Source of the DNA: an uncultured Prevotellaceae bacterium
GTDB lineage: Bacteria > Bacteroidota > Bacteroidia > Bacteroidales > Bacteroidaceae
DNA length: 55,737 nucleotides
Direction: 5' to 3'
NCBI GenBank assembly: GCA_937902455.1
Contig: CALELI010000144.1
Location: 1-55,737 of the forward strand
The first letter of the stretch is position 1, and every line of letters starts with the position of its first letter. Both the position numbers and the translations under genes were made by a program. The notes beneath the pieces are model-generated. The model was not told the origin of the DNA, ran no database searches, and saw nothing but the letters and a program-made list of their open reading frames with translations. Positions 1 to 7,948 of the stretch are shown here, one piece after another.

Positions 1-38
1 ACGTCCGACTGTTGCTGTGTCGGTCGTGCGTGTCGCTG

Positions 39-218
39 TTACCATTCTTCTGCGCTGCCGAAGAGGTCGGATTCGATGTCCTCTGCGAAGTCGATCTGGC
101 TCTTAATGTCAAAATCTTTTGTTGGATCATCATCGAATCCAATGTAAGAAGCTGCAATCATACTGTGGAGAGCAATTGACTGGAATTCGATGGTCGGTTC
201 TATATAATTCTTTTTCAT
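39..218 (-). CDS. Unannotated 59-aa acidic small protein (MKKNYIEPTIEFQSIALHSMIAASYIGFDDDPTKDFDIKSQIDFAEDIESDLFGSAEEW)
   Basis: Hand translation gives ATG at 218-216 and TAA at 41-39, just under the 60-aa ORF-track cutoff. It sits 39 bp downstream of the LRR gene, exactly as its paralog 50933..51112 does. Motifs are conserved at the protein level (MKKNY..P, AS, IG, DIK, SDLFG, AEEW) while the nucleotides diverge. Confidence 0.6.
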   Translation of the reverse strand: MKKNYIEPTIEFQSIALHSMIAASYIGFDDDPTKDFDIKSQIDFAEDIESDLFGSAEEW

Positions 219-257
219 ATCTGAAAATCTTTCTTTTTACGTTAACACCTGTCCTGA

Positions 258-3200
258 TTATTTAGCAAGCTTCTTGACACCGTTCTGGATGTATACCTGA
301 CCCTTGGCCGGTGCTGCAATCTGACGGCCCATGAGGTCGAACATTGGAGCATTGAGGCTTTGTGCGTTGATGTCCTTGATGCCTGTTGCTTCCTCGTCGT
401 CGAGAACTACGAGCTTTACTGCATAAGGGTTAGCAAGTCCCTTAGTCTTCATGAAGATACGGCAAGCGTGAAGTGTCGCATCAGCTAATGCAGGGTGGAA
501 TGCGTTACTCTTGAGAGCATAGAATGGATTTGTTGGCGCACCCTTGCCATTATTGCCAGATTTTACATCGTCATAAGTGCCTTCGATAGTATATTCAGTA
601 TCAATGTCAGCAACAACAACCTTGTTAATTGGGTTGATAAGCTTACCCTTACTATCCCTAGCTCCATCATCGAATGTCTTCTTAATACCTACTGCATTGA
701 AAGTGATTTCCTCGGCACCTGGGATAAAGATGTAAGGTGTATTAGCCTTGACATCGCCCTTCTCTTCCACGAGTTCAAGGGTTGTGACAGGAGTTCCATC
801 GTTATCACCTACTGCGGTGTCATAGATTCTGTAGAACTTAGCGCCCTGCTTGTCAATATCCTGAAGTGTGAACGGTACAAACCAAGCCTGCAGATTGGTT
901 GGATTTGATACTTTACGAGTGTAGTGCACAAGCATCTTAGGGTCTGCTGTATTCACCTTGAGATGAGAGATTGTGTTGTCATCCGTGAAGGCAAGTATGC
1001 GGGTTGCATCATCATTGTCTATGTCAATCTGAACATCAAGACGTCCAGTATACAGACCTGACTTGATCTCGATAGCCTCACCTCTTGTAAATTTATGGGA
1101 ATCATTGAACAAACCATCACCAACCTCTGCATAGTAACCATCAAAACCAGATGGGATGTAAAGCTTACGAGGAATGTATTCCTGCTTTGTTCCACGCCAG
1201 TGCCATACTGCGTCTCCGAATGAATTTTCGTTAACTGTAATTTCATCGTCTGTCCAATTAACTGTCACGTCAGAAACTCCGACAAATGCACCATTGACAG
1301 CCTTTCCGTCAAATACATTTTGGCCGATTGAAGCTACAGACTTAGGGATGTTGATGCTTGTGAGCTTAGTGTTAAAGAAAGCCTTATCACTGAGTGTAGT
1401 TACGTTGTCACTGATTGTGAATTTGCTGATTGCAGTTCCTTCGAATGCGCTGGCACCGATAACATCATCGTACTTGGTCTTGGCGTTGTTGAAGGCGGCG
1501 AGCTTTCCGCAAGACTTGAATGCATTGTCACCCAGCTTAACTATTGCAGGTACGTTAGCACTTGCGCCACACCAACCAGTAGTGTTGTCTGTTTCGATAG
1601 CACAGAGGTTAACTGTCTCAAGTGCCTTGAAGTTTGTGAAAACATTTGCAAGATCAAGCTTATCAGCCTGAATGTTAACAGTCTGAATCTTCTCCTTCAA
1701 GACATACTTGTCGGAAGATTTTGCATTAGCAGGAACTCCTGAAAAGTCAAAGGCTGTAGTATAACCAGTTATTTCTTCTTCCTCATCCATAACTGGTGTA
1801 ACCTTAACACCTGCAACTTCATAATATGCATAAAAATCTTTGTTATTCTCACCTTCCTTTACAACTGTCTGAGGGAGGTTGAGCTCGTTTCCAGAGAAAA
1901 GAGCAGTATATTTTGCACCTTTATGCTTTCCGTCATTGTTGAAGTCTGTATTCTTATTGTCTTTGTTATCAGCACCCTTATATTGTGTCCACTGGCATAC
2001 ACCTGCAATCACAGCCTGAGGAGCCTCAGTGAAAGTTGCTTCAGTGCTGTACTCGTTACTCCAAGGAGCCACCTCATATTTGAATGCACCATTATAGAAT
2101 GTCTCAGTGCTTTCTATGGCTGGACGGGCAACTTTGATTATATTTGCATTTGACCAGTTGTAACCGTGCTCTTTGTCAGTTATAGTTGCATAAGCCTTCA
2201 TCAGACCCATTGGAACAACCAGAGTAGTTTTTTCTCCTGCACTACCAAGTGGAGAGTTGCTGTAATATACATTCTTTTTACCATCCCAATACCAAGAGTA
2301 TGATTCTATGACAGCAGATTTTGCGTACGGATCACTGATTTCCTTTGCAACGATCGTGATGGTTCTGTCATTAGACAAACTTCCTCCAAAGGCATTGTTG
2401 CCAATAGATGTCACTGTGCTTGGGATTTTGACATCCAAATAGGAGCGTGTGCCATTGAATGCATACCCTTCGATGCTGGTAACTTTTGTGTCTGTCAGGT
2501 TACATTTTTGAAGAGCATCACAATAAATAAATGCATTCCAACCTATTGTGGTAATGCTTTTTGGCAATACCACTTCAGTAATCCGGTTACTATTGAATGC
2601 GTCGTTAAAGTATGTCATATCGTCGAGTGCAGTGAAATCGAATTTCCCGGTAAGTCCGCAACATGGGAACGCACTACTTTCGTAATTGAGTTCTTTCTTG
2701 AGTTTTACACCACCACTGATAGGATCTGCTGGGAAGAGGTTGCAGAATTCTGCATTCGTGAGCCATCCGCAACCATAGAAAGCATAACTGCCTACCTTTG
2801 TTATCTTACCTTGGGAAACCACAGGGAAACGGAAATCAACTGATGTTGCATCTGGGTTAAATGCATATTCAAATGATGAACTTCCTATGGTTGTTAATGT
2901 AGCTGGAAGATAATACTTGCCTGCATCGTAATAGCCGAAGTGCTCAATTGATTTACAATATGCGAACGCACCGTTGCCTACAGTCGTAAGTGTGCTCTTA
3001 GGATCCAGTTCTACAGTCTTCAGGTTTTGAGCACTCTCGAAAAGATTAGAAGGGATTACAGAAATTGTTCCAAGCTTTACGGTTGAACCTACAGGGAAAT
3101 TAACAGCATAGAACGCATAGTTTCCTAATTGATTAACCTTGGAAAGGTCTAAAACGAATTGAGCGCCACCAGTCAGAGTTATCGGACGACTACTATCCCT

Positions 3201-3677
3201 ATCAGTAATAGTGCCCCAATCATATGTATACACTGTATATGGCGCAAAAGCATCTTCTCCAATTGTCTTAACACCTGTGAGTTCTGTTACATCGATAGTA
3301 CCAACTGTCGTTAACCAACTGAATGCCTGCTTTCCGATTGTCTTAATGTGACTACCAAGGGAAATAGAAGAAGTAAGCGCCTTGCCATTGAATGCACCGT
3401 GATCCTTGTCTGAAACCTCACCCTTAATAGCAGTACAGAAATACTCGTGACCATAGGAATCTTTGATGGCTTCAGTTCCAAAAGATGTGGATGTTCCTCC
3501 ATAGGAAACGAGCATAACCTCACCGGATGTCTTCGCGTTATCCACGGACGGGTCCTCGGTGGTAATCTGATACTTGTCACCGTTGGCAGTGAATGTGTCA
3601 CCCTCTCCGGCAAACGCACCAATGCTCATCCAGCTCATGAGAGCGAGAGCACCAAAACGTAAAATTGATTTTTTCAT
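258..3677 (-). CDS. BspA-type leucine-rich-repeat (LRR_5) surface protein with signal peptide and T9SS C-terminal sorting domain
   Basis: 1139-aa ORF. The N-terminal signal is MKKSILRFGALALMSWMSIGAFA. IGxxAF...L..I.IP.SV LRR units recur. The C-terminus ...DLMGRQIAAPAKGQVYIQNGVKKLAK is typical of a Por/T9SS CTD. Confidence 0.85.
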   Translation of the reverse strand: MKKSILRFGALALMSWMSIGAFAGEGDTFTANGDKYQITTEDPSVDNAKTSGEVMLVSYGGTSTSFGTEAIKDSYGHEYFCTAIKGEVSDKDHGAFNGKALTSSISLGSHIKTIGKQAFSWLTTVGTIDVTELTGVKTIGEDAFAPYTVYTYDWGTITDRDSSRPITLTGGAQFVLDLSKVNQLGNYAFYAVNFPVGSTVKLGTISVIPSNLFESAQNLKTVELDPKSTLTTVGNGAFAYCKSIEHFGYYDAGKYYLPATLTTIGSSSFEYAFNPDATSVDFRFPVVSQGKITKVGSYAFYGCGWLTNAEFCNLFPADPISGGVKLKKELNYESSAFPCCGLTGKFDFTALDDMTYFNDAFNSNRITEVVLPKSITTIGWNAFIYCDALQKCNLTDTKVTSIEGYAFNGTRSYLDVKIPSTVTSIGNNAFGGSLSNDRTITIVAKEISDPYAKSAVIESYSWYWDGKKNVYYSNSPLGSAGEKTTLVVPMGLMKAYATITDKEHGYNWSNANIIKVARPAIESTETFYNGAFKYEVAPWSNEYSTEATFTEAPQAVIAGVCQWTQYKGADNKDNKNTDFNNDGKHKGAKYTALFSGNELNLPQTVVKEGENNKDFYAYYEVAGVKVTPVMDEEEEITGYTTAFDFSGVPANAKSSDKYVLKEKIQTVNIQADKLDLANVFTNFKALETVNLCAIETDNTTGWCGASANVPAIVKLGDNAFKSCGKLAAFNNAKTKYDDVIGASAFEGTAISKFTISDNVTTLSDKAFFNTKLTSINIPKSVASIGQNVFDGKAVNGAFVGVSDVTVNWTDDEITVNENSFGDAVWHWRGTKQEYIPRKLYIPSGFDGYYAEVGDGLFNDSHKFTRGEAIEIKSGLYTGRLDVQIDIDNDDATRILAFTDDNTISHLKVNTADPKMLVHYTRKVSNPTNLQAWFVPFTLQDIDKQGAKFYRIYDTAVGDNDGTPVTTLELVEEKGDVKANTPYIFIPGAEEITFNAVGIKKTFDDGARDSKGKLINPINKVVVADIDTEYTIEGTYDDVKSGNNGKGAPTNPFYALKSNAFHPALADATLHACRIFMKTKGLANPYAVKLVVLDDEEATGIKDINAQSLNAPMFDLMGRQIAAPAKGQVYIQNGVKKLAK

Positions 3678-3906
3678 GTTGTTAAAAAATTTAGTTGAAC
3701 AAAATTGTTGATAAACACTTAATATTATGTTGTTAATACATCATTATGTTGTCTGTTGTTTACACCTTATTATATATTATATATAGTATAGCTTCAATCT
3801 TCAGGATTCGGATTCATAATCATCCATCCCGTTGTATCGTCATAGCGCAGTAAATCCGACCGACGTGCACCGTGTGCAGCCTGCCGTTCCCGTGTCCAGT
3901 GTGTAC

Positions 3907-3914
3907 CAAATCTA
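3907..3914 (-). promoter_or_regulatory. Candidate Bacteroidetes -7 box TAGATTTG for the LRR gene, inside the conserved 5' block
   Basis: The minus strand reads TAGATTTG (TAnnTTTG consensus). The identical block is present upstream of the paralog at 54185-54192. No clear -33 TTTG was seen. Confidence 0.4.
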
Positions 3915-4029
3915 TTGTCATTTTCTCATATATTTATGTCCTACTCATCAGTTTCCGGCCATCATCCAGCACCCTCGATTTCCAGCGTTCTTTATTCGAC
4001 CGTTTAATTCTTAACCTACTAAATCGCCA

Positions 4030-4061
4030 CAAAGTTATATTTTTTTTCTATATTCACCAAA
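4030..4061 (-). promoter_or_regulatory. Candidate full promoter: -33 TTTG, a 20-nt spacer containing an A8 run, and -7 TAACTTTG, pointing toward the LRR gene
   Basis: The minus strand reads cTTTGgtgaatatagaaaaaaaataTAACTTTG. The spacing fits the 19-21 nt Bacteroides consensus. This element is found only in cassette A. Confidence 0.4.
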
Positions 4062-4285
4062 GATTTTTTGCATTTTTTTATGTTTTAACACTTTTTTTGG
4101 TCAAAATAGGCGAAAAAAATGTTTTTTTTTTACAAACTTATAGAAAAAGGTGTAAATGGGGAAGGGAGAATGAAGGGATTTCGTGGATTCAACGGTAAAT
4201 CCCTGCGTCCGTGTGGTTAGCGCTTTCGCGGGGGAAAGTTCCCTTTAGGGGTCGAAGCAAGACACAGGGGTGCATGTGAGCCGAT

Positions 4286-4942
4286 TTAGGATGGAGGGTC
4301 CTTCTTGATTGGTGTTGGTTTCTTGCGGCGTTGGAGGAGGGCATGTAGGTGCTGGTCCTGTCGGGCAAAGGTGAGGAATGTGTCGCGGCACACGTTGAAC
4401 TGCCGGCAAACGGACGCTATGGTTTCGCCGGAGGAGATGAGGATGGTGATCTTTGCCTTGTTGTTTTCGAGGTGTGCCATCTTCGGACAGCTTCCCTTCC
4501 TCCGTCCCAGGGTCACCCCTTCCGCCCTGCGGAGTGCGAGGGCTTCCTTTGTCCGCAGGGAGATGAGCTTCCTCTCGATCTCCGCCACGAGTCCGAAGGC
4601 GAAGCAGAGGACTTTGCTGTTAATGGTGTCGTCGAAGGTGTAGCCTTCCTTTATGCAATGGAGGACGATGCCTTTCCTTACGCATTTCTCCATGATGACC
4701 ATGATGTCGGTGAGTGTCCTGCTGAGTCGCGAGACTTCGGTGACGAGGAGAGTGTCTCCGCCCTTCATGCTGTTAAGCACCCGTCCGAGTTTACGGGAGG
4801 ACTGTTTCTTCTTTCCGCTGACGACCTCTGTCACCCATTTGTCGATGACTATTGACTGCTTGAGCGAGTAGCTCTCGATTTCGTTACGCTGGTTGTCTAA
4901 CACTTGTTTTGCCGTGCTGATTCTTAAATAAGCTATTACCAT
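4286..4942 (-). CDS. Small serine recombinase (resolvase/invertase family) with C-terminal HTH
   Basis: 218 aa. The N-terminal MVIAYLRISTAKQ carries the catalytic Ser motif. GDTLLVTEVSRLSR, AEIERKLISLRTKEAL and LGRRKG are characteristic, and the C-terminal tail is HTH-like. Confidence 0.85.
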   Translation of the reverse strand: MVIAYLRISTAKQVLDNQRNEIESYSLKQSIVIDKWVTEVVSGKKKQSSRKLGRVLNSMKGGDTLLVTEVSRLSRTLTDIMVIMEKCVRKGIVLHCIKEGYTFDDTINSKVLCFAFGLVAEIERKLISLRTKEALALRRAEGVTLGRRKGSCPKMAHLENNKAKITILISSGETIASVCRQFNVCRDTFLTFARQDQHLHALLQRRKKPTPIKKDPPS

Positions 4943-5040
4943 ATTGAACGTTTATTTTTATACCTTATATGTAATATAACGAAATTAGGAATGAAAAATG
5001 AAGAATTTTACCCTTAGATTTACGTCAGATTTATGGAAAG

Positions 5041-5210
5041 ATTGATTTTATCTTGTCTCGGCTGCACTCGGGATAGCAATCAAAAGAGTTTTGTTGCGGC
5101 TTCGCCCCTCCGCCGCCATAGGAGATATGGCTCCCCTTTGCGCGGGCAAACATACATAATGTTTGCTTATCCGCAGTCGCCTCTCATTTGCACGAGCCAT
5201 CAAGCGAAGC
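5041..5210. repeat. Intergenic repeat element R1 with a nested ~80-bp insertion. It is an inverted copy of 11452..11540.
   Basis: atcttgtctcggctgcactcgggatagca...gtcgcctctcatttgcacgagccatca matches the reverse complement of 11452-11540. Roughly 5097-5175 is extra sequence containing the hairpin gcaaacat/atgtttgc. Confidence 0.8.
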
Positions 5211-5267
5211 GCCTCTCCAAAAAATGCTCCCAGAATATTTTTGCGAGATTTAAGGAAAGATGTTTTC

Positions 5268-6035
5268 GTGAGATTTAAATCCTGTCATAAATCTTATGAT
5301 AAATTTCGTATAGACGGAAGGGATTCGAAAGGAGTTGACACTCCGCCAGATGATGCCATCAACCAGATGCATCGTTATCGTGACGCTATCTATTATAAGG
5401 ATCATGGTTCTGAAGACCTGAAGAAAGAGGTCATCGGTGGTTACATCTTGTTCCCTGGGGATGGAGAACCAGCAAATGTTGAGGTGCCACGCTTTTACAG
5501 GACGATTGATGAGGTCAATATTGGTGCTTTCCCTTTGCGACCGAAGGACAAACGAAACCGTGTACTTTTAGAGAATTTCATCAAAGGACTTATTGATAAT
5601 GCGGCGACGGAAATACTCGCAAAGTCAATTCCGCAGAAGGGTCTGTTCTACAGCAATACAGAGCCAAAGGAACCTACCTACATGATTCTGACTATTGACG
5701 ATAGCGTAAATGCTGATGTGGATGGCATCCTTTCCGGCAAGAGTTCAACTATCGTTATGGGACGTAAGGGCATGGAGGAAACCAAGGATATCCAGAGTGT
5801 CAGATACATTGCGCCTGTTTTCAAAGGTTGCCACATTACCGGCTATTACAAGGTAAAATCTGCAAGATGGACAGAACTTCCTGCTGAGGAGTATTCTATA
5901 CGCATTACGTTTGATGTTGCAGAATGGACCCAACTTGATGTTCCTGCAAAATTCGGATTGGTGCGTTATGCCTATCGTGGTGTCTGCATGACGAAGGAAG
6001 AATTCTTCAAGCACTGCAAGGAGCAGTCTATCTAA
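5268..6035 (+). pseudogene. 5'-truncated PD-(D/E)XK-type nuclease family gene remnant (DUF2357/McrC-like C-terminal part)
   Basis: The ORF 5163-6035 starts inside repeat R1. The recognisable protein begins at ...DKFRIDGRDSKGVDTPPDDAINQMHRYRDAIYY...YILFPG, the nuclease-core motif that normally lies deep inside much longer proteins. No N-terminal region is present. Confidence 0.5.
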
Positions 6036-6061
6036 AATTGCCAAAATAAATACCGATTTAT

Positions 6062-6092
6062 TTTGTATTTCGCTCACTTAATCGTAACTTTG
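6062..6092 (+). promoter_or_regulatory. cysS promoter (-33 TTTG, 19-nt spacer, -7 TAACTTTG)
   Basis: TTTG at 6062-6065 and TAACTTTG at 6085-6092, 20 nt before the ATG at 6112. Confidence 0.6.
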
Positions 6093-6111
6093 CAGACTAA
6101 ATCATCTGATT

Positions 6112-7626
6112 ATGGCTCTGTTTATCTATAATACTCTGACGAGAAGGAAGGAGGAGTTCAAGCCTCTGAATGCCCCGCATGTGGGGATGTATGTGTGTGG
6201 CCCTACGGTTTATGGCGATGCTCATCTGGGGCATGCACGCCCTGCCATCACGTTCGACATTGTGTTCCGGTACCTGCAGCATCTTGGCTACAAGGTGAGG
6301 TATGTGCGAAACATCACTGACGTGGGGCATCTGGAGCATGATGCCGACGAGGGCGAGGACAAGATCGCGAAGAAGGCGCGGCTGGAACAGCTGGAGCCGA
6401 TGGAGGTGGCTCAGTACTACATGAACCGTTTCCATGATGCCATGAGGGCGCTGAACGTGCTGAGTCCGAGTATCGAGCCTCTGGCTTCGGGGCATATCAT
6501 CGAACAGGAGGAGCTGGTGAGGCAGATTCTCGAGAACGGGTTTGCGTACGAGAGCAACGGGTCGGTTTACTTCGACGTGGAGAAATACAACGAGAAGTAT
6601 CATTACGGCAGGCTGTCGGGCAGGAACCTCGACGACATCATCAATAACTCACGCGAACTGGCGGGGGTGGGCGAGAAGAAGAACCAGGCTGACTTTGCGC
6701 TCTGGAAGAAGGCTCAGCCGGAGCATATCATGAGATGGCCGAGTCCGTGGAGCGACGGCTTCCCTGGCTGGCACTGTGAGTGTACGGCCATGGGCAGGAA
6801 GTATCTGGGCAGTCATTTCGACATTCACGGCGGCGGCATGGACCTCATCTTCCCTCATCATGAGTGTGAGATTGCCCAGGCGGTGGCAAGTCAGGGTGAC
6901 GAGATGGTTCACTACTGGATTCACAACAACATGATCACCATCAACGGCCAGAAGATGGGCAAGAGCCTGGGCAACTTCATCACTCTGCCTGAGTTCTTTG
7001 CGGGTGCTCACGAGAAACTGGAGAAGGCTTATGCTCCTATGACCATCAGGTTCTTCATCCTCCAGGCTCATTACCGCAGTACGGTGGACTTCAGCAACGA
7101 TGCCTTGCAGGCTGCGGAAAAGGGTCTCGAGAGGCTGATGGATGCTTGGAAGATGATAAGCAGCGAGAAGGGTCTGGGGTCAAGGGCCGAAGGAGAGGTG
7201 CCAGGTGTGGAGATGTCGTTTGTGGACGGTCTGAAGGACAAGTGCTACGAGGCCATGAACGACGACCTGAATACTCCTATCGTAATCAGTCATCTGTTTG
7301 ATGCCTGCAAGACCATCAATCAGGTGGCCGACAAGAAGATGAGCATGTCGGAGGATGTGAGAAAGGCTCTTGCTGATGTGTTCGGGTTGTTCGCATTCGA
7401 CATTCTCGGTCTTGTAAGGAGTCAGCAGGGTGCTCAGGGCGGAAATGGCAGCGAGGCAAGGGAGGCGGCTTTCGGCGAGGTGGTCGACATGCTCCTGGAA
7501 CAGCGCAACAAGGCAAAGGCTGCCAAGGACTGGGCTACTTCGGATGCCATCCGTGACAGGCTGGCTGCCCTCGGATTCGAGGTCAAGGACACTAAGGATG
7601 GTGCAACGTGGAAACTGACGCGCTAA
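6112..7626 (+). CDS. cysS: Cysteine--tRNA ligase
   Basis: 504 aa. The HIGH-type motif is [16 protein letters not shown], the KMSKS-type motif is KMGKSLGNF, and WHCEC is present. Confidence 0.97.
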   Translation: MALFIYNTLTRRKEEFKPLNAPHVGMYVCGPTVYGDAHLGHARPAITFDIVFRYLQHLGYKVRYVRNITDVGHLEHDADEGEDKIAKKARLEQLEPMEVAQYYMNRFHDAMRALNVLSPSIEPLASGHIIEQEELVRQILENGFAYESNGSVYFDVEKYNEKYHYGRLSGRNLDDIINNSRELAGVGEKKNQADFALWKKAQPEHIMRWPSPWSDGFPGWHCECTAMGRKYLGSHFDIHGGGMDLIFPHHECEIAQAVASQGDEMVHYWIHNNMITINGQKMGKSLGNFITLPEFFAGAHEKLEKAYAPMTIRFFILQAHYRSTVDFSNDALQAAEKGLERLMDAWKMISSEKGLGSRAEGEVPGVEMSFVDGLKDKCYEAMNDDLNTPIVISHLFDACKTINQVADKKMSMSEDVRKALADVFGLFAFDILGLVRSQQGAQGGNGSEAREAAFGEVVDMLLEQRNKAKAAKDWATSDAIRDRLAALGFEVKDTKDGATWKLTR

Positions 7627-7643
7627 GCGCGAGTGAATAGTCA

Positions 7644-7677
7644 GACCCTACCTAACCTCCCCTTTTAAGGGGAGGAA
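7644..7677. repeat. REP-like hairpin element gaccctacctaacctccccttttaaggggaggaa. An identical inverted copy lies at 50637..50670.
   Basis: The 34-nt sequence is an exact reverse-complement match. The internal stem is cctcccctt/aaggggagg. It sits just after the cysS stop and may also act as a terminator. Confidence 0.85.
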
Positions 7678-7715
7678 TTCAGAAGTGGATGGTCTGGAGT
7701 TGATAGGTTAAAGAA

Positions 7716-7740
7716 GGCTAATGGCTAATGGCTAATGGCC
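7716..7740. repeat. Heptamer-periodic tract (ggctaat)n
   Basis: ggctaatggctaatggctaatggcc. The same word family (gccatta) occurs at 17630 and 18784. Confidence 0.8.
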
Positions 7741-7758
7741 AAATTATGAATTAAATAT

Positions 7759-7938
7759 ATGAAGACTCTGAATAAATTGCTGATGACATTATCTCTGATA
7801 TTCGAGATAATCTGTCTGGTGGCATGTATATGGATGAGTACCGTCCTGAAGGATGGCCTGAGCTACCTGATGGTGTTCATCTTTGCTGCTGCCGTGGTGA
7901 TTACAAGCATCACTCTTTATAAGTCAACGAGAAAATAA
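7759..7938 (+). CDS. Possible 59-aa small membrane protein (MKTLNKLLMTLSLIFEIICLVACIW...VVITSITLYKSTRK)
   Basis: Hand-translated ORF below the track cutoff with two hydrophobic segments. No homology was recognised. Confidence 0.3.
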   Translation: MKTLNKLLMTLSLIFEIICLVACIWMSTVLKDGLSYLMVFIFAAAVVITSITLYKSTRK

Positions 7939-7948
7939 TGAAAATTTT

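Larger units (their letters stand above)
1..4010. repeat. Cassette A of a duplicated unit (hairpin, 59-aa ORF, LRR/T9SS gene, conserved 5' region). It is a direct repeat of 50895..54290.
   Basis: Positions 1-55 are identical to 50895-50949. The last ~100 bp of the LRR CDS, the first ~50 bp of the CDS and ~330 bp upstream align by eye with few mismatches. The central CDS is divergent. Confidence 0.85.

Noticed and set aside
495-3662. Multiple 60-170-aa ORFs on the plus strand inside LRR gene A, and analogous antisense or alternate-frame ORFs inside every large gene (for example 6097-6603, 33630-34664, 49011-49598)
   Set aside because: These are shadow ORFs fully nested in long, well-supported CDSs. 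Their translations are low-complexity or compositionally biased and have no recognisable motifs.
3832-4014. ORFs 3832-4014 (+) and 54020-54292 (+), whose translations look conserved (…HRVQPAV..VSSVYQIYCHFLIY…AIIQHPR…)
   Set aside because: The similarity is a by-product of DNA-level conservation of the LRR gene 5' region, which extends equally outside the ORFs. The start positions differ, the composition is low-complexity and Cys/His-rich, and the ORFs run antisense to the predicted promoter and leader. They are not called as genes.
5163-6035. An intact restriction/defence nuclease system next to the recombinase
   Set aside because: Only the C-terminal nuclease-core part is present. The N-terminal codons derive from a repeat element, and no partner ATPase/GTPase or methylase gene is adjacent. 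It is called a remnant, not a functional defence system.
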